DNA from: an uncultured delta proteobacterium
GTDB lineage: Bacteria > Myxococcota_A > Polyangia > Polyangiales > Ga0077539
NCBI GenBank assembly: GCA_903885885.1
Contig: CAISKJ010001284.1
Coordinates: 1-38,296, forward strand
DNA length: 38,296 nt
Direction: 5' to 3'
The notes beneath the pieces are model-generated. The model worked only from the letters and a program-made list of their open reading frames with translations, was not told where the DNA came from and ran no database searches. The position numbers were made by a program, and so were the translations under genes. Shown one piece after another: positions 1 to 12,859 of this stretch. The stretch's first letter is position 1, and every line of letters starts with the position of its first letter.

Positions 1-49
1 CAGCGCGGGTGAACGCAGGCAGTCGCGCGTGGCGCTCGGGATGGGCGTG

Positions 50-934
50 TCAACCTGCGCCGACGCTTGCAGTCACGCGGGACGTTCGGGACGCTGCCGC
101 GAAGCGGCTTCGTTCAACGTGAAAAATGCCCAACTCAAAGGGCGTTCGGCCGAGCTGCTCGGCGTCGTTGTTGCCCCAACACGCGGCGAAGTCGTTGTGC
201 ATCACGAAGCAGCCGTGGCCGCGGGCCGAGCGCGACCACACCGACGCCTGGCGCACCCCGAAGCCCAGGTGAATGAGCACGGGCTTGATGAGAAACGCCG
301 TGGTGAAGCTCGCCTCGCCCGGCTCGCCCCACCCGATGAGGCGACCGACGTCGTCCCACGCGAGGGCGAAGCGCCCGCCAAAGGCCACGCCGGCGAGGGC
401 GCCAACACCCGGTGTATCGTGCGTTGACCAAGGCGTCACATCGTCACTGAGGGGCGCGTGCAAACCCCAGTGGCCCAGCGAGCCTGCGTCGTCGAGCACC
501 GCGGTCTGATTGGGGCCCGCGAAGATCTGCCGCGCAAGCGCTCCGCGACCCGCCAACGCAGCCTCGGGCGAGAAGCCCCCGAGGGTGCCGCGCCCGAGCT
601 GACCGCGCGCGTTCGAGCCCCAGCAGCGCACGCGCCCCTCCACAGGCGTAAAGCCCTCGACGGTGCGCGCGCACACGTGCGCAGCGCCCGCTGCGAGCTC
701 GCGCACGAACACCTGATCGGTCGCGATGCCCGGCGCGGCGCCGGGGGCGCTGACCTCGCTCAAGGGCGCCACCGGATCGCGCGCACGCGATGACGGCGTG
801 AGCGTGACGGACCCCGCCGACACCACCACCTCGCAGCTCGCGACCGCCACGGTCAGCGCCGCAACGGTGCACACGCGCGCCGCGGCATGTCGCACGCTGT
901 CCATACAAGCGCGATTGTCGCCGATTGGCGCCAC
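50..934 (-). CDS. RCC1-repeat (beta-propeller) lipoprotein
   Basis: Repeated RCC1-type motifs (RCWGSNARGQLG, ACWGNNDAEQLG, IGWGEPG). N-terminal hydrophobic signal ends in the lipobox LTVAVASC. Start could instead be Met-11 (position 904). Confidence 0.7.
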   Translation of the reverse strand: MAPIGDNRACMDSVRHAAARVCTVAALTVAVASCEVVVSAGSVTLTPSSRARDPVAPLSEVSAPGAAPGIATDQVFVRELAAGAAHVCARTVEGFTPVEGRVRCWGSNARGQLGRGTLGGFSPEAALAGRGALARQIFAGPNQTAVLDDAGSLGHWGLHAPLSDDVTPWSTHDTPGVGALAGVAFGGRFALAWDDVGRLIGWGEPGEASFTTAFLIKPVLIHLGFGVRQASVWSRSARGHGCFVMHNDFAACWGNNDAEQLGRTPFELGIFHVERSRFAAASRTSRVTASVGAG

Positions 935-1011
935 GGCGCAAGAACCGAGCGAGGTACGAAGAGAGAGAACGACGAAGGCGTGATGAACGAGGAGCGACGG
1001 GGCGGGAGGCG

Positions 1012-2973
<1,962 letters not shown>

Positions 2974-2986
2974 CGGGTAATCTCCT

Positions 2987-6592
<3,606 letters not shown>

Positions 6593-6614
6593 GAGATCGA
6601 GTGCCTCCCTGCGG

Positions 6615-6632
6615 TGACTGACGTGTCAGTCA
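6615..6632. promoter_or_regulatory. Perfect 8+8 inverted repeat TGACTGAC-GT-GTCAGTCA upstream of the activase operon (operator candidate)
   Basis: Read directly. It lies 23 nt upstream of the activase ATG (6592, minus strand) in the 204-nt intergenic region. An AAAATTTT island lies at 6687-6694 in the same region. Confidence 0.3.
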
Positions 6633-6796
6633 GGGCAGGGCGGGGGTGTATCAGAAGCGACAGGCACTACGCAAGGCCGGGGCGCGAAAATTTTGCGTAG
6701 AGATCGGGAAGTTACGAAGGCAACGCGCGCAATGTGCGCATTGGCCAGGATGGCACGGAGGTAGGCGCCACCGCGGAGTGGGACGTAGTGGGGCCT

Positions 6797-8185
6797 TCAG
6801 CCGCTCGTGACGACGCGTGCCTTCGCGGCACGGGGCGAGGCGCTCTTCGCTGCGGTGCGCACTACACCGGGGCGGGCGGGCTTCTCGACGTGCTCGCCCG
6901 CGGCGATGCGCTCGATCAGCGCGATGGGGTCGCGATGGCGGGGCTTCGGCATGCGCGCGCCGCGCTTGTGAAGCACGAGCACGCGCTCGGTCTTGGTGGC
7001 CTCGCCGCGATGCCCCTCACCCCAGATCTTGCTCACCTTGCCGACCTCGTTCACGTCGTCGATGATGACGGCGGCGAGGTCGAGGGGCACGTCACCCTTG
7101 ACGGCGTCCCACACCTCGGTCGCGAGCGTGCGGCTCCCGTGCTCCTTGTTGATCACGTCGCCGATGGTGACCACGCAGGTGCCGTCGTCGCGCAGCACGC
7201 GGGCGCACTCGGTCAGCGCCGATCGCAAGAAGCCGCAGTACCCGTGGAAGCGGTGGCGATCGCTGAGCGCCAGCCGCCGATCGGTCTTCTCGACCTGCAG
7301 CGACGCGTCGACGTTGCTCACCGACTCGCCGAGGAGCCACAGGCGAATCCAGTTGAATTTGCCGTAGCGCACGACGTTGAGATAGGGCGGCGACGTCACG
7401 ATGAGCTTCACGCTCTCGGGCGCCACGGCCTTGCTGAGCAGCCGCGCGTCGCCGCGCAGGCCGCGCCCGCGCCGCACGGGCATGCCCTCGGCGAACTCGT
7501 GGGCCATGCGCAGCCGCAGCTTCTCGAAGGCGTTGAAGGGCGGCCGCACGAGGCCCTTCGTGCGAATGTACTTCTCGAGGTAGCCCGGCGACATGCTGAA
7601 TGTGTTGGGCATCGACACGCTGAGGCAGCGCGAACTCACCACGTCGCGCGTGTGGTTGCCGTGCAGAATGCCCGCGAGCGACGCGAGCAGAAAGCGGTCG
7701 ATGCGGTCGCAGGGGTCGAGGCACTCCTTCATGTGAAGAAGCTGCGGCAGCGTGGTTCCCTCTTCGAAGAGCATGCGAATCTCGGGCGGCGCGCGGTCGC
7801 CCACGGGGGCCGGGCGGTAGGTTCGCTCGAGCTCTGCGATGCGCAGAATGGTCTGCTCGTACGAGGGCGGGTCGACCTTCACGTCGGTGAGAATCGCCGC
7901 GAGCGGGTTGAGGTCGACGCCGATGCCCACGCGCCCAGCGACGCAGGCCTCGAGTGCGGTGGTGCCGCGGCCTGAAAAGGGGTCAAGCACCACGTCGCCG
8001 AGGTCGCTAAACTGCTCGATGAAGTACCGCGGAAGCCCGGGCGGGAAGCTCCCCATGTACGAGCACAGCGAGTGGAGCACGTGCCCGTAACGGCGCCCGA
8101 GGAGCTTCCACCACGGGGCGATCCACGCGTCGTCCGACGACACGCCCGGAACACGCCCCGCCCCACCCTGCACCACGCTCAACAT
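6797..8185 (-). CDS. Orphan DNA (amino) methyltransferase, SPPY-type
   Basis: AdoMet motif I VLDPFSGRGTT, then GIGVDLNP, and about 190 aa later catalytic motif IV IVTSPPY, followed by ...ECARVLRDDGTCVVTIGD. Start set at MLSVVQGG (ATG at 8185). The 166-codon upstream extension of track ORF 6797..8683 is Arg/Ser-rich junk that overlaps the divergent gene. Confidence 0.75.
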   Translation of the reverse strand: MLSVVQGGAGRVPGVSSDDAWIAPWWKLLGRRYGHVLHSLCSYMGSFPPGLPRYFIEQFSDLGDVVLDPFSGRGTTALEACVAGRVGIGVDLNPLAAILTDVKVDPPSYEQTILRIAELERTYRPAPVGDRAPPEIRMLFEEGTTLPQLLHMKECLDPCDRIDRFLLASLAGILHGNHTRDVVSSRCLSVSMPNTFSMSPGYLEKYIRTKGLVRPPFNAFEKLRLRMAHEFAEGMPVRRGRGLRGDARLLSKAVAPESVKLIVTSPPYLNVVRYGKFNWIRLWLLGESVSNVDASLQVEKTDRRLALSDRHRFHGYCGFLRSALTECARVLRDDGTCVVTIGDVINKEHGSRTLATEVWDAVKGDVPLDLAAVIIDDVNEVGKVSKIWGEGHRGEATKTERVLVLHKRGARMPKPRHRDPIALIERIAAGEHVEKPARPGVVRTAAKSASPRAAKARVVTSG

Positions 8186-8333
8186 CCGTTGCGACCTCGC
8201 GGGGTCGATGCCCGATCTGCGGGCGCGAACGCAAATTTTTTGCACGCAGTTTTCGACAGGAGCTCCAGAGCTTCGCGAAAATCGCGGATCTCGCGGGTTG
8301 TGCTCCGGCGCGTGCCTGTGCTCAATCGTCGCG

Positions 8334-8789
8334 ATGGACGCCGCCCGACGCGCGACGCTCGCTGGTCTCGCGTGGCTCGCCGTGCAGTTCGCGGTGCCCC
8401 TGGCGCGCATGGACCCGTCGCGGAGCCCGCCCTTCTCGCCGCGCTTCTCGTGGAGCATGTTCGCGGGGCGTCCGCTCGCGACGTGCTCGCACGACCTCGC
8501 GTGGAGCACCCCCGAGGGTGAGCGCCTCGCGATGCCCCTGCCTCCCGCGACGAGCCCGGTGCACCGGATTCTCACCGCGCGTACTCCCGACGAGTTTCGC
8601 CGTGTTGTGCCCCTGCTCACCGCGTACGCCGACTCCGACGCGGTGGTCATCACCGCGCTGAACGACCTGTTGAATAGGCACAAGCGCGCGGTCGACGCAC
8701 GCGGTCGCTACGTGCTCACCAGCACCCTCGTGTGCCGCACGTTCGAGGGGGAGATGCTGCGTCGTACGCTCCGTCTGGGGGCCCCGTGA
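8334..8789 (+). CDS. Hypothetical membrane-anchored/secreted protein coupled to the HTTM gene
   Basis: Start chosen at MDAARRATLAGLAWLAVQFAVPLA (hydrophobic N-terminus). Its TGA stop overlaps the GTG start of the next gene (GTGA at 8786-8789). Confidence 0.5.
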   Translation: MDAARRATLAGLAWLAVQFAVPLARMDPSRSPPFSPRFSWSMFAGRPLATCSHDLAWSTPEGERLAMPLPPATSPVHRILTARTPDEFRRVVPLLTAYADSDAVVITALNDLLNRHKRAVDARGRYVLTSTLVCRTFEGEMLRRTLRLGAP

Positions 8790-9943
8790 CGTACTTCAGC
8801 GGCGCGTGGAGCGGTCGTACGCACGCCTCGATGCACCTCTCGCTCGGGTGCCTCGCAGTGCTCGGGCTCCAACACATGGGCCACGAGTGGAGCGAGTCGC
8901 TCGAGGTGTGGTCCTACGGCCGCGCACACACGCTCACGAGCGCCGCGCCCTCTGTGTGCATCGCCCTCGCTGGCGCGAGCGCCGTCGCCTTTACGCTAGG
9001 TCTGCGTTGGCGACTCGCGGGTGCTGTGCTCTGCGCGTCGATGGCCGCGGCCTACGCGCTCGCGCCCGTCACCTATCACAACAACCTGTACCTCCTCTGG
9101 CTCCTCGTGCTCCTCACGCTGATCGCAGCGCCGATCGCGTACGCGCCTCGCGCGCTGCTTCTCCCAACGGCGACCTTCGCGGATCACACCGCGCTCTTCC
9201 CTCGGCTCGTGCAGTGGCAGGTGGCGATCGTCTACGTCGGGTCGGTGTTCGTGAAGGCCACGCACCCCATGTGGCGAGGCACGGGCGGGGTGATTCGCTG
9301 GCTCGCCGCTGTGCGCGTGCCCGAGACCAACCAGGGGCTGGTGAACCCGCTTTTGCGCCCGATGCTCACACACCGGGGCGTAGCGTCTGCGCTCGACGTA
9401 GGCGTGATGGTCGCCGAGGTGATCATCCCGCTGATGCTCTTCTCGCGGCGCTTTCGACGTACGGGCCTCGCCTGCGGGGTGCTGCTCCACGGCTTCATGC
9501 AGGCCTGGCTCTACCCGCAGCTGTTCACGTTTCTCATGCTGTGGGGCTACTACGCGTTCGTTCCCTCCGGCGACCGCGCCTGGCGGGTCACCTACGCGCC
9601 CGCGTCGGCCTTCGACGCTGCCCTCGCGCGCGTCTACCCGAGGCTCGATTGGATGGGCCGTACGGTATGGGAGCCGGGCGCATCGCTCACGCTCTGCGAT
9701 CCGCAGGGCATAACGCGCGAAGGGGGGGCCGCGCTCCGATGGCTCACGGTGCTCACGCCCGTCACCCTGCTCGGGTTCGCGGCGTTGTCGCTCGCGGCGC
9801 CAGGGATGCGTCAGGTCTTCACGGTGCCCCGCGACGCGCTCGAGAACGTTGCGCTCTTCGCCTGGGCAACCTTGTGGATCCCGGGGGACTGGGGGCGGAC
9901 ACTGGGGTGGGTACGGTCACAGCCCTCCCGGTCACAGAAGTGA
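8786..9943 (+). CDS. HTTM-domain (vitamin-K gamma-carboxylase-like horizontally transferred transmembrane) protein
   Basis: Polytopic membrane protein with the HTTM-like signature YHNNLYLLWLLVLL and several further TM helices. GTG start at 8786 is inferred from the GTGA overlap; an upstream ATG at 8732 is also possible. Confidence 0.6.
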   Translation: MTYFSGAWSGRTHASMHLSLGCLAVLGLQHMGHEWSESLEVWSYGRAHTLTSAAPSVCIALAGASAVAFTLGLRWRLAGAVLCASMAAAYALAPVTYHNNLYLLWLLVLLTLIAAPIAYAPRALLLPTATFADHTALFPRLVQWQVAIVYVGSVFVKATHPMWRGTGGVIRWLAAVRVPETNQGLVNPLLRPMLTHRGVASALDVGVMVAEVIIPLMLFSRRFRRTGLACGVLLHGFMQAWLYPQLFTFLMLWGYYAFVPSGDRAWRVTYAPASAFDAALARVYPRLDWMGRTVWEPGASLTLCDPQGITREGGAALRWLTVLTPVTLLGFAALSLAAPGMRQVFTVPRDALENVALFAWATLWIPGDWGRTLGWVRSQPSRSQK

Positions 9944-9982
9944 CCGCCGTAGGCCCCGGGCGGGGAGAGAGTCTGATCGCCA

Positions 9983-10002
9983 ATGGGAGGGATGTCTCCC
10001 AT
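9983..10002 (+). terminator. Short hairpin ATGGGAG-(6 nt)-CTCCCAT downstream of the HTTM gene
   Basis: 7-bp perfect stem 40 nt after the stop at 9943. No U-tract, so it is only a weak terminator candidate. Confidence 0.2.
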
Positions 10003-10052
10003 CGGCAGGTGATCGCGTGTGGGGGCGACGGTGACAGAATCCCAGCCAGTGT

Positions 10053-10071
10053 TTGCTCGGTTACCGAGCAA
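10053..10071. promoter_or_regulatory. Inverted repeat TTGCTCGG-TTA-CCGAGCAA (possible activator binding site)
   Basis: Perfect 8-bp arms about 75-90 nt upstream of the sigma-54-like element at 10145. That distance is typical for enhancer-binding-protein sites. Confidence 0.3.
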
Positions 10072-10144
10072 GCGCGGAGGGCTGTGGGACGAATTCCTCC
10101 CAGGGCGAGTTCCCAAGTGGGGGAGAAGTAAGGTACATGGCCGG

Positions 10145-10159
10145 TGGCCCGAGCTTTGC
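10145..10159 (+). promoter_or_regulatory. Sigma-54-type -24/-12 promoter candidate upstream of the flp genes
   Basis: TGGCCC-GAGCT-TTGC versus consensus TGGCAC-N5-TTGC. GG and GC have exactly the canonical spacing, with one mismatch in the -24 box. Caveat: it ends only about 14 nt before the proposed GTG start of flp-1. Confidence 0.4.
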
Positions 10160-10173
10160 GATGGAGTTAACTC

Positions 10174-10359
10174 GTGGGCGATCGACGCAATCACCGCATC
10201 TCTCTGCTTGACGACACCACAGGTGCCGTTTTTGTGGAGTACGTGTCGGTGCTGCTCCTGGTCGGCACGATCACGGCCGCAGCGACTTATTCGCTCGGGC
10301 GGCCTCTCGTCGACTACTACCGTTTCGCCCAGTTGATCCTGGCGTTGCCCTTCCCCTGA
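10174..10359 (+). CDS. flp: Flp-family prepilin (atypical, copy 1)
   Basis: 61 aa. LLDDTTGAVFVEYVSVLLLVGTI matches the Flp motif (leader, G/xxxxEY, hydrophobic helix). GTG start. The C-terminus is hydrophobic (QLILALPFP). Confidence 0.6.
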   Translation: MGDRRNHRISLLDDTTGAVFVEYVSVLLLVGTITAAATYSLGRPLVDYYRFAQLILALPFP

Positions 10360-10406
10360 AGGCTTCGCACACACATTTCGCAACGATCGTGAAAGGAACC
10401 GCCACC

Positions 10407-10586
10407 ATGAAGAAGAACAACCGCTCGCTGGTCCGCAACACCGAAGGTCTCTCCACGGTCGAGTACGTGATCCTCCTCATGCTCATCGCTGTGGTGGGCA
10501 TCGTTGCGTGGCGCACCTTCGGTAACACGGTGGTCGGCAAGATCAACGCGGGCAACAGCCAGATCTCGGGTCTCGGCGGCACCTGA
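10407..10586 (+). CDS. flp: Flp-family type IVb/c prepilin (copy 2)
   Basis: MKKNNRSLVRNTEGLSTVEYVILLMLIAVVGIV has the classic Flp processing motif G/LSTVEY plus a hydrophobic helix. AAAGGA RBS lies about 10 nt upstream of the ATG at 10407. The track ORF starts 18 nt earlier at a GTG. Confidence 0.85.
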   Translation: MKKNNRSLVRNTEGLSTVEYVILLMLIAVVGIVAWRTFGNTVVGKINAGNSQISGLGGT

Positions 10587-10688
10587 TCCGCAAAGGCGCT
10601 GTCGCCGACGGCATCGCTCGGCGGCTCGAACGATGCGCCGCGGCTTCCGCAGGGGAGTCCGCGGCGCGCGCGATTTGGAGGGTCTCTT

Positions 10689-11285
10689 TTGGTCGTCTGG
10701 GTGCCTCGTCTCTGCATCCTCCTGTGCGTCGCCATCGCTGCGATTGGCGCGTGGACGGACTATCGCACCCGACAGATTCCAAACTGGCTCACCCTCGGTG
10801 GCATTGTCACCGGTGTCGCGCTCCAGAGCATCGCGGGACACTTCCAGGTCGAAGACCTTCAGTACGGTGGGCAAACGGCCCTCTCCGGAGTCGCACACGC
10901 GATCCTCGGCGCGGTAGTTTGCGGGTTGCCGCTGTGGGCCCTGTTTCGTAAGCAGATCCAGCGCGAAGACGGCACGCTCGACCAGGTTTCGGGCGGCGGC
11001 GACGTGAAGATCCTCGCCGCGATGGGGGCCCTCCTCGGGCTGTATCACGGGCTCGGGCTGGAGTTTCTCTGCCTCGCTGCGACGTCGGTGCTCACGCTCG
11101 CGCGCCTTGCCTGGCATGGGCGACTTCTGCGGGTGCTCTCGAACGCGCTGTTTCTCACACTCAACCCCATTCTTCCGAAGAAATGGCGGCGTCGCATCAC
11201 GGCGGAACTCCTTCACAAGGTCCGCATGGGCGTCCCCATTCTGGTCGGAACTCTGATGTTCGCCGTCAACCGGCTGGCCTGGTGA
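10689..11285 (+). CDS. cpaA: Prepilin peptidase, A24 family (CpaA/TadV)
   Basis: Polytopic protein with AWTDYRTRQIPN (first catalytic Asp region) and GGGDVKILAAMGALLG (second Asp, GxGDxK motif). TTG start at 10689 or GTG at 10698. Confidence 0.85.
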   Translation: MVVWVPRLCILLCVAIAAIGAWTDYRTRQIPNWLTLGGIVTGVALQSIAGHFQVEDLQYGGQTALSGVAHAILGAVVCGLPLWALFRKQIQREDGTLDQVSGGGDVKILAAMGALLGLYHGLGLEFLCLAATSVLTLARLAWHGRLLRVLSNALFLTLNPILPKKWRRRITAELLHKVRMGVPILVGTLMFAVNRLAW

Positions 11286-11309
11286 TTGCCAGTTCGTGAG
11301 GAAGAACCG

Positions 11310-12305
11310 ATGGCACCGCACACGATCGACCCCGCTCCCCGCTCCCTTCGGAAGAACACCGATGGAGCCGTGTATGTGGAGTTTCTGATCGTCTTCATCC
11401 CGTTCTTCATCATGGTTCTGGGCATGATGCAGATCGCGCTCATGTACGCTGCGCACCTTGCGGTGCAGCACGCCGCGGCGTCTGCCGTGCGCGCGGCCAT
11501 CGTGGTGTTTCCCGACTGCGAAGCCCGCTATGATGGAGCCGCGCAGAACGACGTGAACGGCGGCGGGCGCGGCGAAGACCCCGCTTCGATGCTCGCTTCC
11601 GTGTTCGGCGCCGGTGGAGGAGCGAGCTTCCCGGGGCTCGGGGGCGGGAGCGGGGGTGGTGGAGGTGGCGCGCGCCTCGACACGATTCGCTTCGCAGCCA
11701 ATCTCCCGCTTGTCGCGGCCTCGCCGTCACTGCAAGAACTCGAGGGCGACGCTTCGCCTGCGCGGCAGAACCTCCTGGGTGCCATCGGCGGCACGACCTC
11801 GCCCGCCGTGCGCCTCGCGCTCGGCGCCCTCGGCTATAACAACATCGCCGTCGCGATCAACTTCCCCAACATGCCCAACAGCGCGAGCGCAACGTTTCAA
11901 ACGCGCCTCGCAGCGCGTGCGCCCCTCACGGCGCGCGTTACGTACCTGTTTCACTGCGGTGTTCCCATCGTGTCGGCCATGGCCTGCGACGACGCGATCT
12001 CTGTGTTCAGCGGCGTCCCATACCGTCAGGTGGCGCAGCTCGCGCGCTCGCTCTCCGCGGGGCACATCCGTGAGTCCGAGGGCCTCGAGACCGCGCGTCG
12101 TGAGGCCTCTACCCGCTTGCGTAGAGCAGACTACAACCTCCTGGCGCGCGAGCTCGATGCGACCGCTGCTGGGGCAGGCTTGTCGGCGGCGTTCCTCACG
12201 CTCTCGCGCGGCAACTACTCGATCATGCGCGCCGAGGCGACGCTGCCCCTGCAAGGCACGCAGAGCGCCCGCATCCAACGCCCCTGTTTCAACGTCCGGC
12301 GATGA
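11310..12305 (+). CDS. TadE-like pseudopilin with Gly-rich insert
   Basis: The N-terminus DGAVYVEFLIVFIPFFIMVLGMMQI is TadE-like (Gxxxx-E plus hydrophobic helix). Gly-rich tract GAGGGASFPGLGGGSGGGGGGA. GAGGAAG RBS precedes the ATG at 11310. Confidence 0.7.
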   Translation: MAPHTIDPAPRSLRKNTDGAVYVEFLIVFIPFFIMVLGMMQIALMYAAHLAVQHAAASAVRAAIVVFPDCEARYDGAAQNDVNGGGRGEDPASMLASVFGAGGGASFPGLGGGSGGGGGGARLDTIRFAANLPLVAASPSLQELEGDASPARQNLLGAIGGTTSPAVRLALGALGYNNIAVAINFPNMPNSASATFQTRLAARAPLTARVTYLFHCGVPIVSAMACDDAISVFSGVPYRQVAQLARSLSAGHIRESEGLETARREASTRLRRADYNLLARELDATAAGAGLSAAFLTLSRGNYSIMRAEATLPLQGTQSARIQRPCFNVRR

Positions 12306-12829
12306 AAATCTCAGCGCACGCAGGTGATGCCGTGACCCCCAAGAACGCCCCCCACGCGCCTCGGAGCCGCCGTAGACAACGCGGTGCAGCGTATGCCGAG
12401 ACTGTGGTCATGCTGCCCTTCTTCATCGCCGTGTGGTCGTGCATCATCTATGTGCACAACGCATACGCCGAGAAGGTTCGCCTTATGGCAGTGAACCGCA
12501 ACTGCGTGATGACCTACGCTTTCGATGCGTGCGAGCGCACGCCGCCGGGGTGCACGCTCACCCGCGGCGCATCGGGGGGTGAGGGTCCAGGGGAAGTAGG
12601 CGGCTTCGTCGGTGCACTGGGTAGCTTCGGGAGTGGAATTCTCACTGCGGTCACTGGGGCGAGCGTGAGCTCGCGCATGACCTCGTCGGTTAGCAAGCCG
12701 CGCGCGCTCGGCGGCGGCGGCACGAGCGTGCTCGTGGGTAATTCGATGCAGTGCAACACGCGCTACCAAGACAGCCCTGTGCGTTCGCTCGCCGCGGGCT
12801 TCTGCAGCTTTATCGGCATCGGCTGCTGA
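12302..12829 (+). CDS. TadE/TadG-like pseudopilin
   Basis: RGAAYAETVVMLPFFIAVWSCIIYV is a TadE-like N-terminal motif. ATGA start/stop overlap with the upstream gene. Confidence 0.65.
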   Translation: MKISAHAGDAVTPKNAPHAPRSRRRQRGAAYAETVVMLPFFIAVWSCIIYVHNAYAEKVRLMAVNRNCVMTYAFDACERTPPGCTLTRGASGGEGPGEVGGFVGALGSFGSGILTAVTGASVSSRMTSSVSKPRALGGGGTSVLVGNSMQCNTRYQDSPVRSLAAGFCSFIGIGC

Positions 12830-12859
12830 GCGACGATTCGAACGAGGAGACACTCCCCA

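Noticed and set aside
6751-6765. TGGCAC-GGAGG-TAGG sigma-54-like string between the methyltransferase and activase genes
   Set aside because: The -12 element does not match (TAGG versus TTGC). It is also oriented toward the plus strand, where there is no downstream gene.
8186-8683. N-terminal 166-codon extension of the methyltransferase ORF (track ORF 6797..8683)
   Set aside because: The extension is Arg/Ser/Ala-rich and has no motif. It overlaps the divergent 8334.. gene. The conserved methyltransferase sequence begins right after the internal Met at 8185.
8806-10131. 441-aa alternate-frame ORF overlapping the HTTM gene
   Set aside because: The translation is Arg/Ala/Pro-rich with no TM helices or motifs. 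The 8786..9943 frame gives a coherent polytopic membrane protein with the HTTM-like signature.
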